DNA from: a virus
Length of the DNA: 45,227 bases
Direction: 5' to 3' (one strand)
UHGV virus genome: UHGV-0391923
Each line of letters begins with the position of its first letter. The stretch's first letter is position 1. Shown one piece after another: positions 27,609 to 36,074 of this stretch. The notes beneath the pieces were generated by a model. It was given only the letters and a program-made list of their open reading frames with translations, was not told the origin of the DNA and ran no database searches. The position numbers and the translations under genes were made by a program.

Positions 27609-27977
27609 CTAAGACGGTCTTTTCTTGCTTCCCTGCACCGCAGTCCTGCGCTCCGACATTTTCCGATGTTCGTCAATAAAATCATTGTCTAGCATGAAAA
27701 TCGCTTCGCAGAATAAATCCTGCTCACACGGCAAGTCATTCATCTGAATATATGCCATCAAATCATGCGGCGATAACGTCAGCGGTACGCCTTGTTCATA
27801 TCTGCGACCTCTAGCAATGTCGTTGTAGGCGTTTAGGATTGCATTTGCAGTAAAGCTATATTCAGGCTTTTCGATTACTGCGCTTTGCTTTCCGAGGTAC
27901 TGCGCGATTTTCGAGTCACGCGCGGCTTGCTTTTCGCTACCGATTTTTGCCCACTCGTAGAGTTTTCGGACTTTCCC
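27609..27977 (-). CDS. -1 frame extension (T part) of the tail assembly chaperone, giving a G-T fusion
   Basis: The -1 frame opens just upstream of the GGGAAAG slippery site at 27977..27971 and runs 122 codons without a stop (GKVRKLYEWAKIG...QGSKKRPS*) to 27609. Confidence 0.6.
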   Translation of the reverse strand, partial: GKVRKLYEWAKIGSEKQAARDSKIAQYLGKQSAVIEKPEYSFTANAILNAYNDIARGRRYEQGVPLTLSPHDLMAYIQMNDLPCEQDLFCEAIFMLDNDFIDEHRKMSERRTAVQGSKKRPS

Positions 27978-28402
27978 AATGTTTCAGCTTTCACCTCGTC
28001 GGCTTCACGTTGGATTTGCTCGGCATTGGTTTTCACAAATAGCCAGATGATGGGGCCAATGTCACCTTCGTTTAAAAGTTTTTTCGCGTTCTCAGTGGTG
28101 TAAATGAAGTCCTTTGGCTCGCCATTTGCGTCAGGCACAGCAATCCCTTTCCAATCCTCAATCAAATGACATGCAGCAGCATCAAGTAGCAGTTCATGGA
28201 ATAGTTTGTCATTTGCGCTCGCGGTGTCCACATCAAAGCCTTTCTGTGCGATTTGGTTTTGCGCTCGCTCTACTGCGACCTGATACGGCTTGTATGAAAT
28301 ACCACGTACTTTGATTTCGGCAAGAACTTCGCCTTCTGCGTCTTTGTATTCACACCATTTAGAGATTTGTTTTGATTTATTAAGTCCTACGATTAAAGAC
28401 AT
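27875..28402 (-). CDS. Tail assembly chaperone (lambda G-like)
   Basis: Directly upstream of the tape measure gene; acidic; contains the GGGAAAG slippery heptamer near its 3' end. Confidence 0.7.
   Translation of the reverse strand: MSLIVGLNKSKQISKWCEYKDAEGEVLAEIKVRGISYKPYQVAVERAQNQIAQKGFDVDTASANDKLFHELLLDAAACHLIEDWKGIAVPDANGEPKDFIYTTENAKKLLNEGDIGPIIWLFVKTNAEQIQREADEVKAETLGKSENSTSGQKSVAKSKPRVTRKSRSTSESKAQ
27971..27977 (-). promoter_or_regulatory. Programmed -1 ribosomal frameshift slippery heptamer G GGA AAG (plus strand CTTTCCC)
   Basis: Identical to the lambda G/GT slip site, in the zero-frame context tTG GGA AAG. Confidence 0.6.
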
Positions 28403-28451
28403 GATGCACCTGTGATTTATGGAATAAAATTATTATATATGTAATGCACTA

Positions 28452-28480
28452 TTGACACAATGTTAATATGTTATTATAGT
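28452..28480 (+). promoter_or_regulatory. Strong sigma70-like promoter TTGACA-N17-TATAGT driving the antisense island
   Basis: Consensus -35, 17-nt spacer, TATAGT -10; CAATGTTAATAT motif in the spacer. Confidence 0.6.
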
Positions 28481-28521
28481 TAGCACATAGACAAGCAATA
28501 ACGCTTTTAGGAGATAAAGAA

Positions 28522-28770
28522 ATGAATGATCTAAAAAAAGAAACTCAAAGATTAATAAAAGATGCTGCTGAATCAAGATCAAAAAAGATGCTTGAGCATA
28601 AACCAGTATGCGACCTAAGCGACCCAAATGTGACTTATTTTGATTGGCTTCTGCTAATGGGTCATGATGAAAGAGTTAATATTCTTGGACATGAAAAAGC
28701 TAAAATCTTCAATGAAAAATTTAAAGACAAAATCGAGCAGTATAACAATTTCATGAAAAAGCCTTTTTAG
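28522..28770 (+). CDS. hypothetical protein (82 aa)
   Basis: RBS AGGAGATAAAGAAATG. Confidence 0.5.
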   Translation: MNDLKKETQRLIKDAAESRSKKMLEHKPVCDLSDPNVTYFDWLLLMGHDERVNILGHEKAKIFNEKFKDKIEQYNNFMKKPF

Positions 28771-28786
28771 GTTGTAGGAGAACACA

Positions 28787-29008
28787 ATGCAATACGCAGA
28801 AACACTAGCTGAAATTCAGCAAGAAAAAGGGTATTTAGAGCTTGAATTGATGCGGGCAGCTTCTAAAGTTTTGGCTGAGTGGCAGAATAGAACCGGATTG
28901 GCTGTTGGTAATATCTACATAACAACCGAGCAGCTTCAAGAACTTGGTGGAAAGCCGAAAAGCATTGTGACTAATTGCAATGTTAATATTGATTATGAGG
29001 GATATTGA
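28787..29008 (+). CDS. hypothetical protein (73 aa)
   Basis: RBS GTAGGAGAACACAATG. Confidence 0.5.
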   Translation: MQYAETLAEIQQEKGYLELELMRAASKVLAEWQNRTGLAVGNIYITTEQLQELGGKPKSIVTNCNVNIDYEGY

Positions 29009-29076
29009 TATGTCAGAATGGATTAGTGTTGATATATGTGCTATACTAACACTAATTCAAAATAAGAGGCTTCCAT

Positions 29077-29616
29077 ATGATTGTTAATTGCAGAAATTGT
29101 TTGTGTGAGTTTGATAAAAAACCCGCAGAGATCAAAAGAACTAAAAATCACTATTGTAGTAAAAAATGCAAAGGTGACTTTTTGTCAAATGAAAATAAAC
29201 TAAGGTTCTTTAGCAAAGCAATCAAGAATGGTGATTGTTTGGAGTGGTCTGGATCGCTAAATAAACATGGATACGGTGTTGCTAGGCACAATAAGTCAGT
29301 AATGTTGGCACATAGGGTTTCATATTTAATTTCGAACGGGGAAATACCTGACGGGATGTGTATTTGCCATAAATGTGACAATCCAAAATGCATAAATCCT
29401 GATCATTTGTTTGCTGGCAACCACTCTACCAACATGGAGGATATGAGAATCAAAAGTAGAAAGTGGTCGAGACTGACTTTTGATGATGTTGCTGAGATAA
29501 GAAACAGTAGCGAAAGCTCTTCACTTCTAGCAACTAAATATAATGTGTCTGCACGAACAATAAGGTACGCTAGAGACGTAACCCACTGGATGCCACTACC
29601 CGAACCTCCGAAATAA
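29077..29616 (+). CDS. HNH homing endonuclease (HNH_3-type)
   Basis: GDCLEWSGSLNKHGYGVARHNKSVMLAHRVSYLISNGEIPDGMCICHKCDNPKCINPDHLFAGNHSTNMEDM. Confidence 0.85.
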   Translation: MIVNCRNCLCEFDKKPAEIKRTKNHYCSKKCKGDFLSNENKLRFFSKAIKNGDCLEWSGSLNKHGYGVARHNKSVMLAHRVSYLISNGEIPDGMCICHKCDNPKCINPDHLFAGNHSTNMEDMRIKSRKWSRLTFDDVAEIRNSSESSSLLATKYNVSARTIRYARDVTHWMPLPEPPK

Positions 29617-29617
29617 C

Positions 29618-29641
29618 AAAAGCCCCGTGACGGGGCTTCTA
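29618..29641. terminator. Terminator AGCCCCGtgaCGGGGCT, strongest on the minus strand (TTTTGTTATTT), shared by the major tail gene and the convergent HNH gene
   Basis: 7-bp GC stem; T-run on the minus side. Confidence 0.6.
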
Positions 29642-29644
29642 TAT

Positions 29645-30577
29645 TTACGCTGCTGTACGCGTCAACGTAGGCGCTTGCTCGATTACTCGGTACTCAAAGT
29701 CAGCCTGTAGAATGTCAGCATTTCCGCCGCTTGGCAGGGATGCAGTAATCTCTACTTTAGGCAGCGTCAACACATACGCATTCCCTAGACTGTCTTTCAT
29801 GGATACCGAAATCGCAATAGTTTCGCCTGTAAACTGCTTTTCATAGTTCACAGCACCATTGGCCGACCATGCCATTGTAAACGAACCTGTACCGTCTGCG
29901 AGTGTTGCAATCACAGCACCGACTGAACCCTCGCCACCTAGACAACGCTGCACTTCTGCGGTGTTATCCCAGTTAAATTCAAAATCGGTAATACATGCCA
30001 CGCCCACCTGTGTCACGCCGTCAATGGTAATATCATCAACTGAAATACCACTAATCACTGGCGTTAATGTTGGCTCGGTCACTGTGCCGCTTGGCAGAAT
30101 AGCCGCCGATTCACGACCCATGCCAATCATGCCGAAAGTCGCGGTTGCGATTGATTCAACGCCAATGGTCAGGTTAAACGTGTTGACGTGCATGCCACGG
30201 AAAACGTGATAGTTGTTAATGTCGGCATAGCCACGCAATACGCTAAATGACTGCGCAAGGTTGCCACCGAAAATAAGCGTATCCGTACCAACGGCAGGGC
30301 TATCGGTAGTCCATGTATTATATGCCGCGCCTGAAATCAGTTCATCATAAACACCGTATCGAAACTCGGCTGAAATATCGCCTTCGTAGTCGATTGTAGT
30401 TAATGCGCCTGACTGTGCTAGTCGGCTGTTTAAAATGGTTGCTGAATCTTCACGGTTTGCTGTGGCATCTAGTGAAATTTCTGTAAATGGTAAAGCAATT
30501 CGGTCGAACGGATCGGGCGTTACACCTCGAATGACTTCCTTTGCTAGTTGCGTCAACTGACGGCTGCCTGCGCTCAT
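29645..30577 (-). CDS. Major tail (tube) protein
   Basis: Position upstream of the G/GT chaperones; RBS GGAGAAATAACGATG; terminator after it. Confidence 0.65.
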   Translation of the reverse strand: MSAGSRQLTQLAKEVIRGVTPDPFDRIALPFTEISLDATANREDSATILNSRLAQSGALTTIDYEGDISAEFRYGVYDELISGAAYNTWTTDSPAVGTDTLIFGGNLAQSFSVLRGYADINNYHVFRGMHVNTFNLTIGVESIATATFGMIGMGRESAAILPSGTVTEPTLTPVISGISVDDITIDGVTQVGVACITDFEFNWDNTAEVQRCLGGEGSVGAVIATLADGTGSFTMAWSANGAVNYEKQFTGETIAISVSMKDSLGNAYVLTLPKVEITASLPSGGNADILQADFEYRVIEQAPTLTRTAA

Positions 30578-30670
30578 CGTTATTTCTCCACGTGGAATTG
30601 ATATATATCAGTCCTATTTTCTATTATTAGACTAATAAATGCAATTAATTGTAAATATCAGATTTACTGA

Positions 30671-31075
30671 TTAATTAACACGGAACTCCACGCGCACAAG
30701 CGACATAACAAAATCACCCTGCACGTCGTCTGTCGCTTCTGTCGGGGCGTTGGTCATTGTGACTTCAAAATCACCGTTTCGATAATGATGAAAATGGTCG
30801 CGCCATGCTTGGGCGAGTTTGATTAACTCTAGGTCGCCTGTACTTTTTCGGGCGAAGCATTGGATATTTAAAATGCCGTAATCTCTATGGAGTGTATTTA
30901 TAAAGAATCCCGCGCTTTGTGAATCACTGTACTGCACCACCACCCTGCACCACTCGCCTGTAGTTGGGATTTGAAAGTTCGGCTGATTCGTCCACTGGAT
31001 GCGACTTTGCGCAATGCCTGTAAACGATTTAATCCGATTGTTTATAATGAGTCTTGCATCTGTAGATTTAAGCAT
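30671..31075 (-). CDS. Probable tail terminator/completion protein
   Basis: Size and position between connector genes and major tail. Confidence 0.4.
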   Translation of the reverse strand: MLKSTDARLIINNRIKSFTGIAQSRIQWTNQPNFQIPTTGEWCRVVVQYSDSQSAGFFINTLHRDYGILNIQCFARKSTGDLELIKLAQAWRDHFHHYRNGDFEVTMTNAPTEATDDVQGDFVMSLVRVEFRVN

Positions 31076-31100
31076 AAAAAAGCCCTCGTTTTGAGGGCTA
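31076..31100. terminator. Hairpin AGCCCTCgttttGAGGGCT with flanking A/T runs
   Basis: GC hairpin plus T-run on the minus strand. Confidence 0.5.
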
Positions 31101-31112
31101 ATATAACATTAA

Positions 31113-31310
31113 TTATGGCATTCGTTTTATCACAGCATGAGCTAAAAACTCAAATTCACGCCTAGTTAATGCCTCAAGAACCATAAAAAGATTTACACGC
31201 TCATCGTTCTTCTTAATTAGATAAAACCACTCATCATCATGGTGTAAGGATTTAACCTCGTCTTTAGCTGGAATATTTTCCAGCATTTCAATTTCATCTA
31301 AATACATCAT
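31113..31310 (-). CDS. hypothetical small protein (65 aa)
   Basis: ORF followed by a hairpin. Confidence 0.4.
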   Translation of the reverse strand: MMYLDEIEMLENIPAKDEVKSLHHDDEWFYLIKKNDERVNLFMVLEALTRREFEFLAHAVIKRMP

Positions 31311-31406
31311 ATAACCAACCTCAGTTATAGCCTAAAAATATGGTGTGCCAATCGGTAGGCTTTCCCGACGTTCGATAGCTAATCTAGGCACATTGTCATT
31401 ATAATA

Positions 31407-31781
31407 CTATTTGTACTTATTAACAACCGACTGGAAAGACAACTGCACAAAGTTTGCAGGGGCTTGCATCGACCAGCCATTATTCAATCTTTCTATATAT
31501 ATCAATGAGTTGGATATATAGACAATCTTGCCCAATCCACCGCCTGCCTGAATCGTTGCAATGCCTTTGCTGATTGTGCCTTGTCCGCTTCGGTCCGTGG
31601 TTTCTGTGGTACTTGTGTCCACACTACCGACATTCACGCGCCAGTTTCCGCGAGCTTGGCCTGTGTCCACTGGTGTAGCCACGATTACCTTCTGTAAAAG
31701 CTCCCCCGCAACCTTTTTAGAAAAGTCGTCTGCATCCTCTAACACTTGAAAGCCGAAGTTAATCGGCGGGTTTTTCCACAT
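31407..31781 (-). CDS. HK97 gp10-family tail-component protein (start taken at the internal MWKN ATG)
   Basis: PVDTGQARGNWRV matches the gp10-family DTGxLRxSW motif; GAGGA RBS before the 31781 ATG. Confidence 0.55.
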   Translation of the reverse strand: MWKNPPINFGFQVLEDADDFSKKVAGELLQKVIVATPVDTGQARGNWRVNVGSVDTSTTETTDRSGQGTISKGIATIQAGGGLGKIVYISNSLIYIERLNNGWSMQAPANFVQLSFQSVVNKYK

Positions 31782-31929
31782 TAGACTCATCCTCAACAAG
31801 AATGCACTTGTAAGTTTTTCTTCCAACAAAGAAGCCACCCAAGCGCTCACACTCAGAGGCCACCATATAGTGCGTGTGTCTGCTGCACAAGAACCATGCA
31901 ATCATAAAGCCTAGTAGAAATTGCCACAT
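31759..31929 (-). CDS. hypothetical 56-aa protein with a hydrophobic N-terminus
   Basis: TAATG stop/start overlap with the upstream gene; fills a 150-nt gap. Confidence 0.3.
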   Translation of the reverse strand: MWQFLLGFMIAWFLCSRHTHYMVASECERLGGFFVGRKTYKCILVEDESNVEKPAD

Positions 31930-32297
31930 TATTGATAAGCCCTCAACTGACAAACAACGCCATTATCGGCAGGGATAATGCGATTATTTACAACCTTGTA
32001 ATCAGTGCCGCGCCATGTGATTGTATCGTCAATCTGTGGCGTATTGGTTGCGCTGCGCTGAAAGATAATGGCTTTCATGTCGTTTGATTCAACCTGAAAT
32101 ATATCTAAATCACGCTGCGTAAACGAAAGTCCGAAAATGCCCATGCCACCGTATGCAAGCGTAGTATTCGATTGCGGTGCATCGGGGTCATACGTTCCGT
32201 TAATGGTGCGTGTGGCGGTGAACGGAAAGGAAACATCAATTAAATCCCCTGCCATTTCCGCGATGATTTCGTCTTGAATGTTGTTTAAGTCGGCCAT
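31929..32297 (-). CDS. Head-tail adaptor/joining protein (putative)
   Basis: Position and size. Confidence 0.45.
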   Translation of the reverse strand: MADLNNIQDEIIAEMAGDLIDVSFPFTATRTINGTYDPDAPQSNTTLAYGGMGIFGLSFTQRDLDIFQVESNDMKAIIFQRSATNTPQIDDTITWRGTDYKVVNNRIIPADNGVVCQLRAYQ

Positions 32298-32448
32298 TAT
32301 TCACTCCAAAAAACCTTGCTAGAGCAGTTTTCGCAAGATACAAAAATATGCCCTTTCCATTTATCCCTGCCTTTTTTTATCTTCGGGTATCCATAGTGCA
32401 TACACCGAAAGCACGTCCTTTTTGCTTTTTCTATATTGTCATATATGC

Positions 32449-32835
32449 TCATTTACACACCCATGTATTCACCGCGCCACCCTTGCACAGGAAAGGCCGC
32501 AACAAGTCGTCAATAAACATCATCTCCGCAGACTTGCCTGTTTCGCTGCCTTCTGCGTATTTCTTTGTTACCGCTACCGTATCAGCCTTAACGCTTTTCT
32601 CGGTCACTACGCCATCTGTACGGCTCACATAAAGCAAGTTTTGCGATGACAATAGCGCAAGGTTTGCGCCTGCTTGTTTGATTGCATCATCAATAGGGTC
32701 TAGGCCACTGCAAAAGCTTTTAGTCGATAGCCAAACATTCGCCTGATTTACTGCTAAAGCCTTTTTGTCTTCCGTTGCCCATGTGCTGCCTAGAATGGTG
32801 TCAACGTCTGTCGTGGTGATGAAAATCATAAGCAA
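32449..32835 (-). CDS. gp6-like head-tail connector protein (putative)
   Basis: N-terminal TTDVDTILG...ALAVNQANVWL resembles the gp6/gp15 connector family. Confidence 0.5.
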   Translation of the reverse strand: MLMIFITTTDVDTILGSTWATEDKKALAVNQANVWLSTKSFCSGLDPIDDAIKQAGANLALLSSQNLLYVSRTDGVVTEKSVKADTVAVTKKYAEGSETGKSAEMMFIDDLLRPFLCKGGAVNTWVCK

Positions 32836-32988
32836 GCTCCAATACCGTACCCATCGCTAATGCCGTAACCATCGTCTAGTTTTTTCATAACTAATCCTCA
32901 ATTTTTAATCATTATAGTTTAATTCTGCTGCACTTCACACAACGGAAATCAATCACAAAACAATTGCAGGCGTATAGGTCTAGTGGGT

Positions 32989-33210
32989 TCATTTAAAATC
33001 CTCGCGCTTTCCGCATACATGGTCTAACATTGAATCAATCTTCTTTTGCTGCTCTTGGTATGTGTGCCATGCGCCGTTTAAGTAATAAGCCGAAAACTCA
33101 TGAATAATGTATCCCATTTTTTTAGGTAGATACTCATTGCTACCCTTATCAAAAACAACATTGTGCAGGTTTGCTGCAATCTCTGGCAGCTTCTCAAATT
33201 CTTCTCTCAT
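32989..33210 (-). CDS. hypothetical protein (73 aa)
   Basis: ORF, 4-nt overlap. Confidence 0.45.
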   Translation of the reverse strand: MREEFEKLPEIAANLHNVVFDKGSNEYLPKKMGYIIHEFSAYYLNGAWHTYQEQQKKIDSMLDHVCGKREDFK

Positions 33211-33509
33211 TTTCCTAGCTCCTCATGCAAATAAACATCATCATTGATACACATGCCATCTTCGACCCACTGTTCGTCATTATCAATGCAATATTGCTTA
33301 TCATCTGGGTGTGGTCGCAAAACCAATTCGATAGAACATGGAAAGCCACCTGATACGCCATCAATCATGCACAGTATGGAGTGAAGCAAGCCATGTGTCT
33401 TTTCTTGGTCTGAGCATTCCTGCATAGCCCAATACCTAGCCTGAACTTTTGCATTTTGCAAAAACATGGCTCTCATTTCTTCTTTACTGTAGCTTTTACT
33501 CAATTCCAT
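33207..33509 (-). CDS. hypothetical Cys-rich protein (100 aa)
   Basis: ORF. Confidence 0.5.
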   Translation of the reverse strand: MELSKSYSKEEMRAMFLQNAKVQARYWAMQECSDQEKTHGLLHSILCMIDGVSGGFPCSIELVLRPHPDDKQYCIDNDEQWVEDGMCINDDVYLHEELGK

Positions 33510-33555
33510 CTCCTAAATTGTCAATATATTATTATCCTACACTTATTTCAGGCAA

Positions 33556-33581
33556 AAGAAAAGCCCCTTCCGGGGCCTGTC
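33556..33581 (-). terminator. Terminator GCCCCggaaGGGGC followed by TTTTCTTTT after the capsid operon
   Basis: Hairpin plus T-run on the minus strand. Confidence 0.6.
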
Positions 33582-33590
33582 TTGTTTTGG

Positions 33591-33803
33591 TTATGGTGTA
33601 CCTGCACCGTTGCCAGTTTCGGAATCCGTTCCTGCGATTGGCTCGGTCACTTGCGGGTCAGTAATGCCATAGTCCGCGCCTGATTTCGCAGGGTCAGCAA
33701 CACGGCCAGCCGCCAATGTTGAGCCTGTTTCGTCATAGTACGGACGCTCTGATGGGTACGTGTAGTTGTAGTTCGGCTTAACTGTATCTTTAGGTAAAGT
33801 CAT
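33591..33803 (-). CDS. Small Gly/Thr/Pro-rich protein after the capsid gene (possible decoration or accessory head protein)
   Basis: ORF followed by a terminator. Confidence 0.45.
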   Translation of the reverse strand: MTLPKDTVKPNYNYTYPSERPYYDETGSTLAAGRVADPAKSGADYGITDPQVTEPIAGTDSETGNGAGTP

Positions 33804-33814
33804 TGCTCTACTCC

Positions 33815-34840
33815 TTAAATGTTAGTTACAAGGTAGCGGAAAGGAACTTGCTTCGCATCCAGAACCATGTCCCAGTTTGCAGCAGTCGTCAAATCAGACC
33901 ATGAAGCAAACAGCGCTTGGTTTTTCGTACCACCAGTGAGCGAGCTAGCCGCTGCAACAAAGCTAAAGCCTTGTGGATGGATTAGCACGTTACGACGTGT
34001 ATGCAGTAGCTCATGACCTGCACCGTTGCCAGTGAGTTCGGTCGCGCTATAAGTCATATCACGTTCACCGCGCACAGATTCAGCAACAAATGAGTCAGCG
34101 TTTAGGAAATACGAAACATAACGCGCTGTGTTTGCTGTGCCGTCAATCTTAGTGCCTTTTTCAGACTCAACCACAACACGGCCGTTGTAAGTATCTACTT
34201 GACGCAAGTTTGCCGGATCGGTGAAAGGAATAAGCATCTGTGCTTTACGCATAGCGGCCTTAACTTTTGGATGCACGACAATCGCACCAGTACCGCGTTG
34301 GCCTGCCAGCATTGTAGATTCAACATCAATAAAAGCGTCCACGTTGAAGCGGTTTGCATCGGTCGGTGATGTGCCTGTTGAAATGTTGACTTCAAGTGCT
34401 TTTGTGCCTGCTTGGTCAGCGTTACGAATACCGATTACAGTTGCTACTGCACGATTCTCGAATTGCTGCGCCCATAAGCCGTCCACTTGTTGAGCAATCA
34501 ATGGTAAAGCGCGTTCGCCTGCTGCTAGTGCTTTGGTTAAACGTGCCTCAATGAAATGCTCGTTTAGGAAAGCCATACGGCCTTGCATGATGCCTGCTTC
34601 AATCGTGCGCGGCATTGCAATATCAGTATAGATTTCGTTTGAATAGTTCGCTTCCAAATCACCGTCAATATCCATGATGTACGGTACTTCAAAAGTCGCT
34701 GAACCGCCTGCAACTAACTGACCAATTTGGCCTGATGTGTTGAATGCGCCCGAAGTCCAAAACGGTGTTAAGCGTTCAGGGTTCGCGTTAATGGTGCGAA
34801 GTAAAATATCGCGGTCAAATACACTGCCTAGTGAAGCCAT
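33815..34840 (-). CDS. Major capsid protein (putative)
   Basis: 341 aa immediately downstream of a coiled-coil scaffold gene, with a terminator after it. Confidence 0.65.
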   Translation of the reverse strand: MASLGSVFDRDILLRTINANPERLTPFWTSGAFNTSGQIGQLVAGGSATFEVPYIMDIDGDLEANYSNEIYTDIAMPRTIEAGIMQGRMAFLNEHFIEARLTKALAAGERALPLIAQQVDGLWAQQFENRAVATVIGIRNADQAGTKALEVNISTGTSPTDANRFNVDAFIDVESTMLAGQRGTGAIVVHPKVKAAMRKAQMLIPFTDPANLRQVDTYNGRVVVESEKGTKIDGTANTARYVSYFLNADSFVAESVRGERDMTYSATELTGNGAGHELLHTRRNVLIHPQGFSFVAAASSLTGGTKNQALFASWSDLTTAANWDMVLDAKQVPFRYLVTNI

Positions 34841-34849
34841 AAAAACCTC

Positions 34850-35557
34850 TTACTTTAAAGGAAATAATTGATTGTACAGCTCAGGATTGGAAGCGCGTAG
34901 CTCTTTCATCTCTTGAACTGAATATTCATTTGGTTTTTTAGCAGCCCCACCGCCAAAACCTGAACCCGCAGCACCGCCGCCTGAGTTCGTGTTTACAATC
35001 ACAATGTCTTGAAACATTGGATTTAATTTTAATTCGTTTTTCAATTCATCAAAAGTCATTGCACTTGGCTTGCCCTGCGAATCAAGTACACGTACAACGC
35101 CATTATCGAGCGTTAAACGGCTTTCAATAAACTGTGTTACTAATGCCTGTGCATGTGGCTTGAATAGTTCGCCTGCGATTTTAGTAGCCTGCTGTCCCAC
35201 CGTTAAGCCATACACTTGCTTTGTTAATGCTTCTTGCTGTGCCAAAAGTTCAGCTTCACGCGCTTGTAATTTCTCTTGGTAGCTTAATTCTAAAGCCTTC
35301 CAATCGCCATTTTTACGCGCTAGTTCTTCCTGTGCTTCGCGTTCAACTCGTAAACGCTCGGCTTCGGCTTCCTCTGCCTTGCGCTGCTGCTCTTTCTTTT
35401 CTGCTAAGAGTGCATCACGACTAGCCTTTAAGCCTTGTAAATCATCTTCCGGCACTGCGCCTGAAACTTTAAGAAAGTAAGCGCCGTCTTTTTCTTCGTA
35501 TAACTCGGCCAGTTCAGCGCTGAGTCCTTCGAGTGTTTCTAATTTGTACTGTAACAT
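34850..35557 (-). CDS. Scaffolding protein
   Basis: Glu/Ala/Lys-rich coiled coil (EAEAERLRVEREAQEELARK) upstream of the capsid gene. Confidence 0.65.
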   Translation of the reverse strand: MLQYKLETLEGLSAELAELYEEKDGAYFLKVSGAVPEDDLQGLKASRDALLAEKKEQQRKAEEAEAERLRVEREAQEELARKNGDWKALELSYQEKLQAREAELLAQQEALTKQVYGLTVGQQATKIAGELFKPHAQALVTQFIESRLTLDNGVVRVLDSQGKPSAMTFDELKNELKLNPMFQDIVIVNTNSGGGAAGSGFGGGAAKKPNEYSVQEMKELRASNPELYNQLFPLK

Positions 35558-35635
35558 ATAAAGCCCTGCTTTAATTTAAACGCGCCCAACGCGATTACGT
35601 TCATATTATATCAGTTTTATTGATAGAACAAATAG

Positions 35636-35661
35636 AAAAAACCACCCGAAGGTGGTTGTGG
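35636..35661 (-). terminator. Terminator AACCACCttcgGGTGGTT plus TTTTTC
   Basis: Hairpin plus T-run on the minus strand. Confidence 0.5.
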
Positions 35662-35706
35662 TGGATTGCATACCTAATGCTAGATATGGCTGTCAGATGT
35701 TACACT

Positions 35707-35919
35707 CTACAGCTTTTTTATAAATATTTCAGCAGATTTTGAAAATGATCGTCTTAAATCTCCTGAATGCGTAAAATAAAATAAACCATTCTCAGCCAAC
35801 TTCCAATAAATCGGATATTTAGTGTCATCTCTATAATGCGTTGCACCTTCTGGCGCGTTCTTGCGGATTTCTTCGATGGTCACTTGTTGTTTTCCTTTCG
35901 CTTGTATAGGTATGGGCAA
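35707..35919 (-). CDS. Small protein with an NAPEGATHY motif; paralog of 41238..41420
   Basis: TIEEIRKNAPEGATHY..YWK...YFT shared with the MTPQQIKANAPEGATHY..YWK...YFT protein. Confidence 0.5.
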   Translation of the reverse strand: MPIPIQAKGKQQVTIEEIRKNAPEGATHYRDDTKYPIYWKLAENGLFYFTHSGDLRRSFSKSAEIFIKKL

Positions 35920-36074
35920 TCATTATCCTTGTTCTCCTCAATGAAGCTCTCCCATGCATTTTTAAGCTTATGAATATAAATATCCCGATCACCGTAGTTT
36001 CTATCATTGTCACAATGAATAATACTGTCGACAATATATAAAATATTTTCAATTTTATGTTCTGGGTTTTTCAT
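35880..36074 (-). CDS. Small protein with a C-x-D..D-IYIH motif; paralog of 41417..41575
   Basis: HCDNDRNYGDRDIYIH versus WCNPDYEDGIYIH; ATGA-coupled to the head morphogenesis gene and overlaps the next ORF. Confidence 0.45.
   Translation of the reverse strand: MKNPEHKIENILYIVDSIIHCDNDRNYGDRDIYIHKLKNAWESFIEENKDNDCPYLYKRKENNK

Noticed and set aside
32838-32988. 20-aa Gly/Tyr-rich micro-ORF (MKKLDDGYGISDGYGIGACL) with a GAGGA RBS
   Set aside because: Too short to call without conservation or expression data
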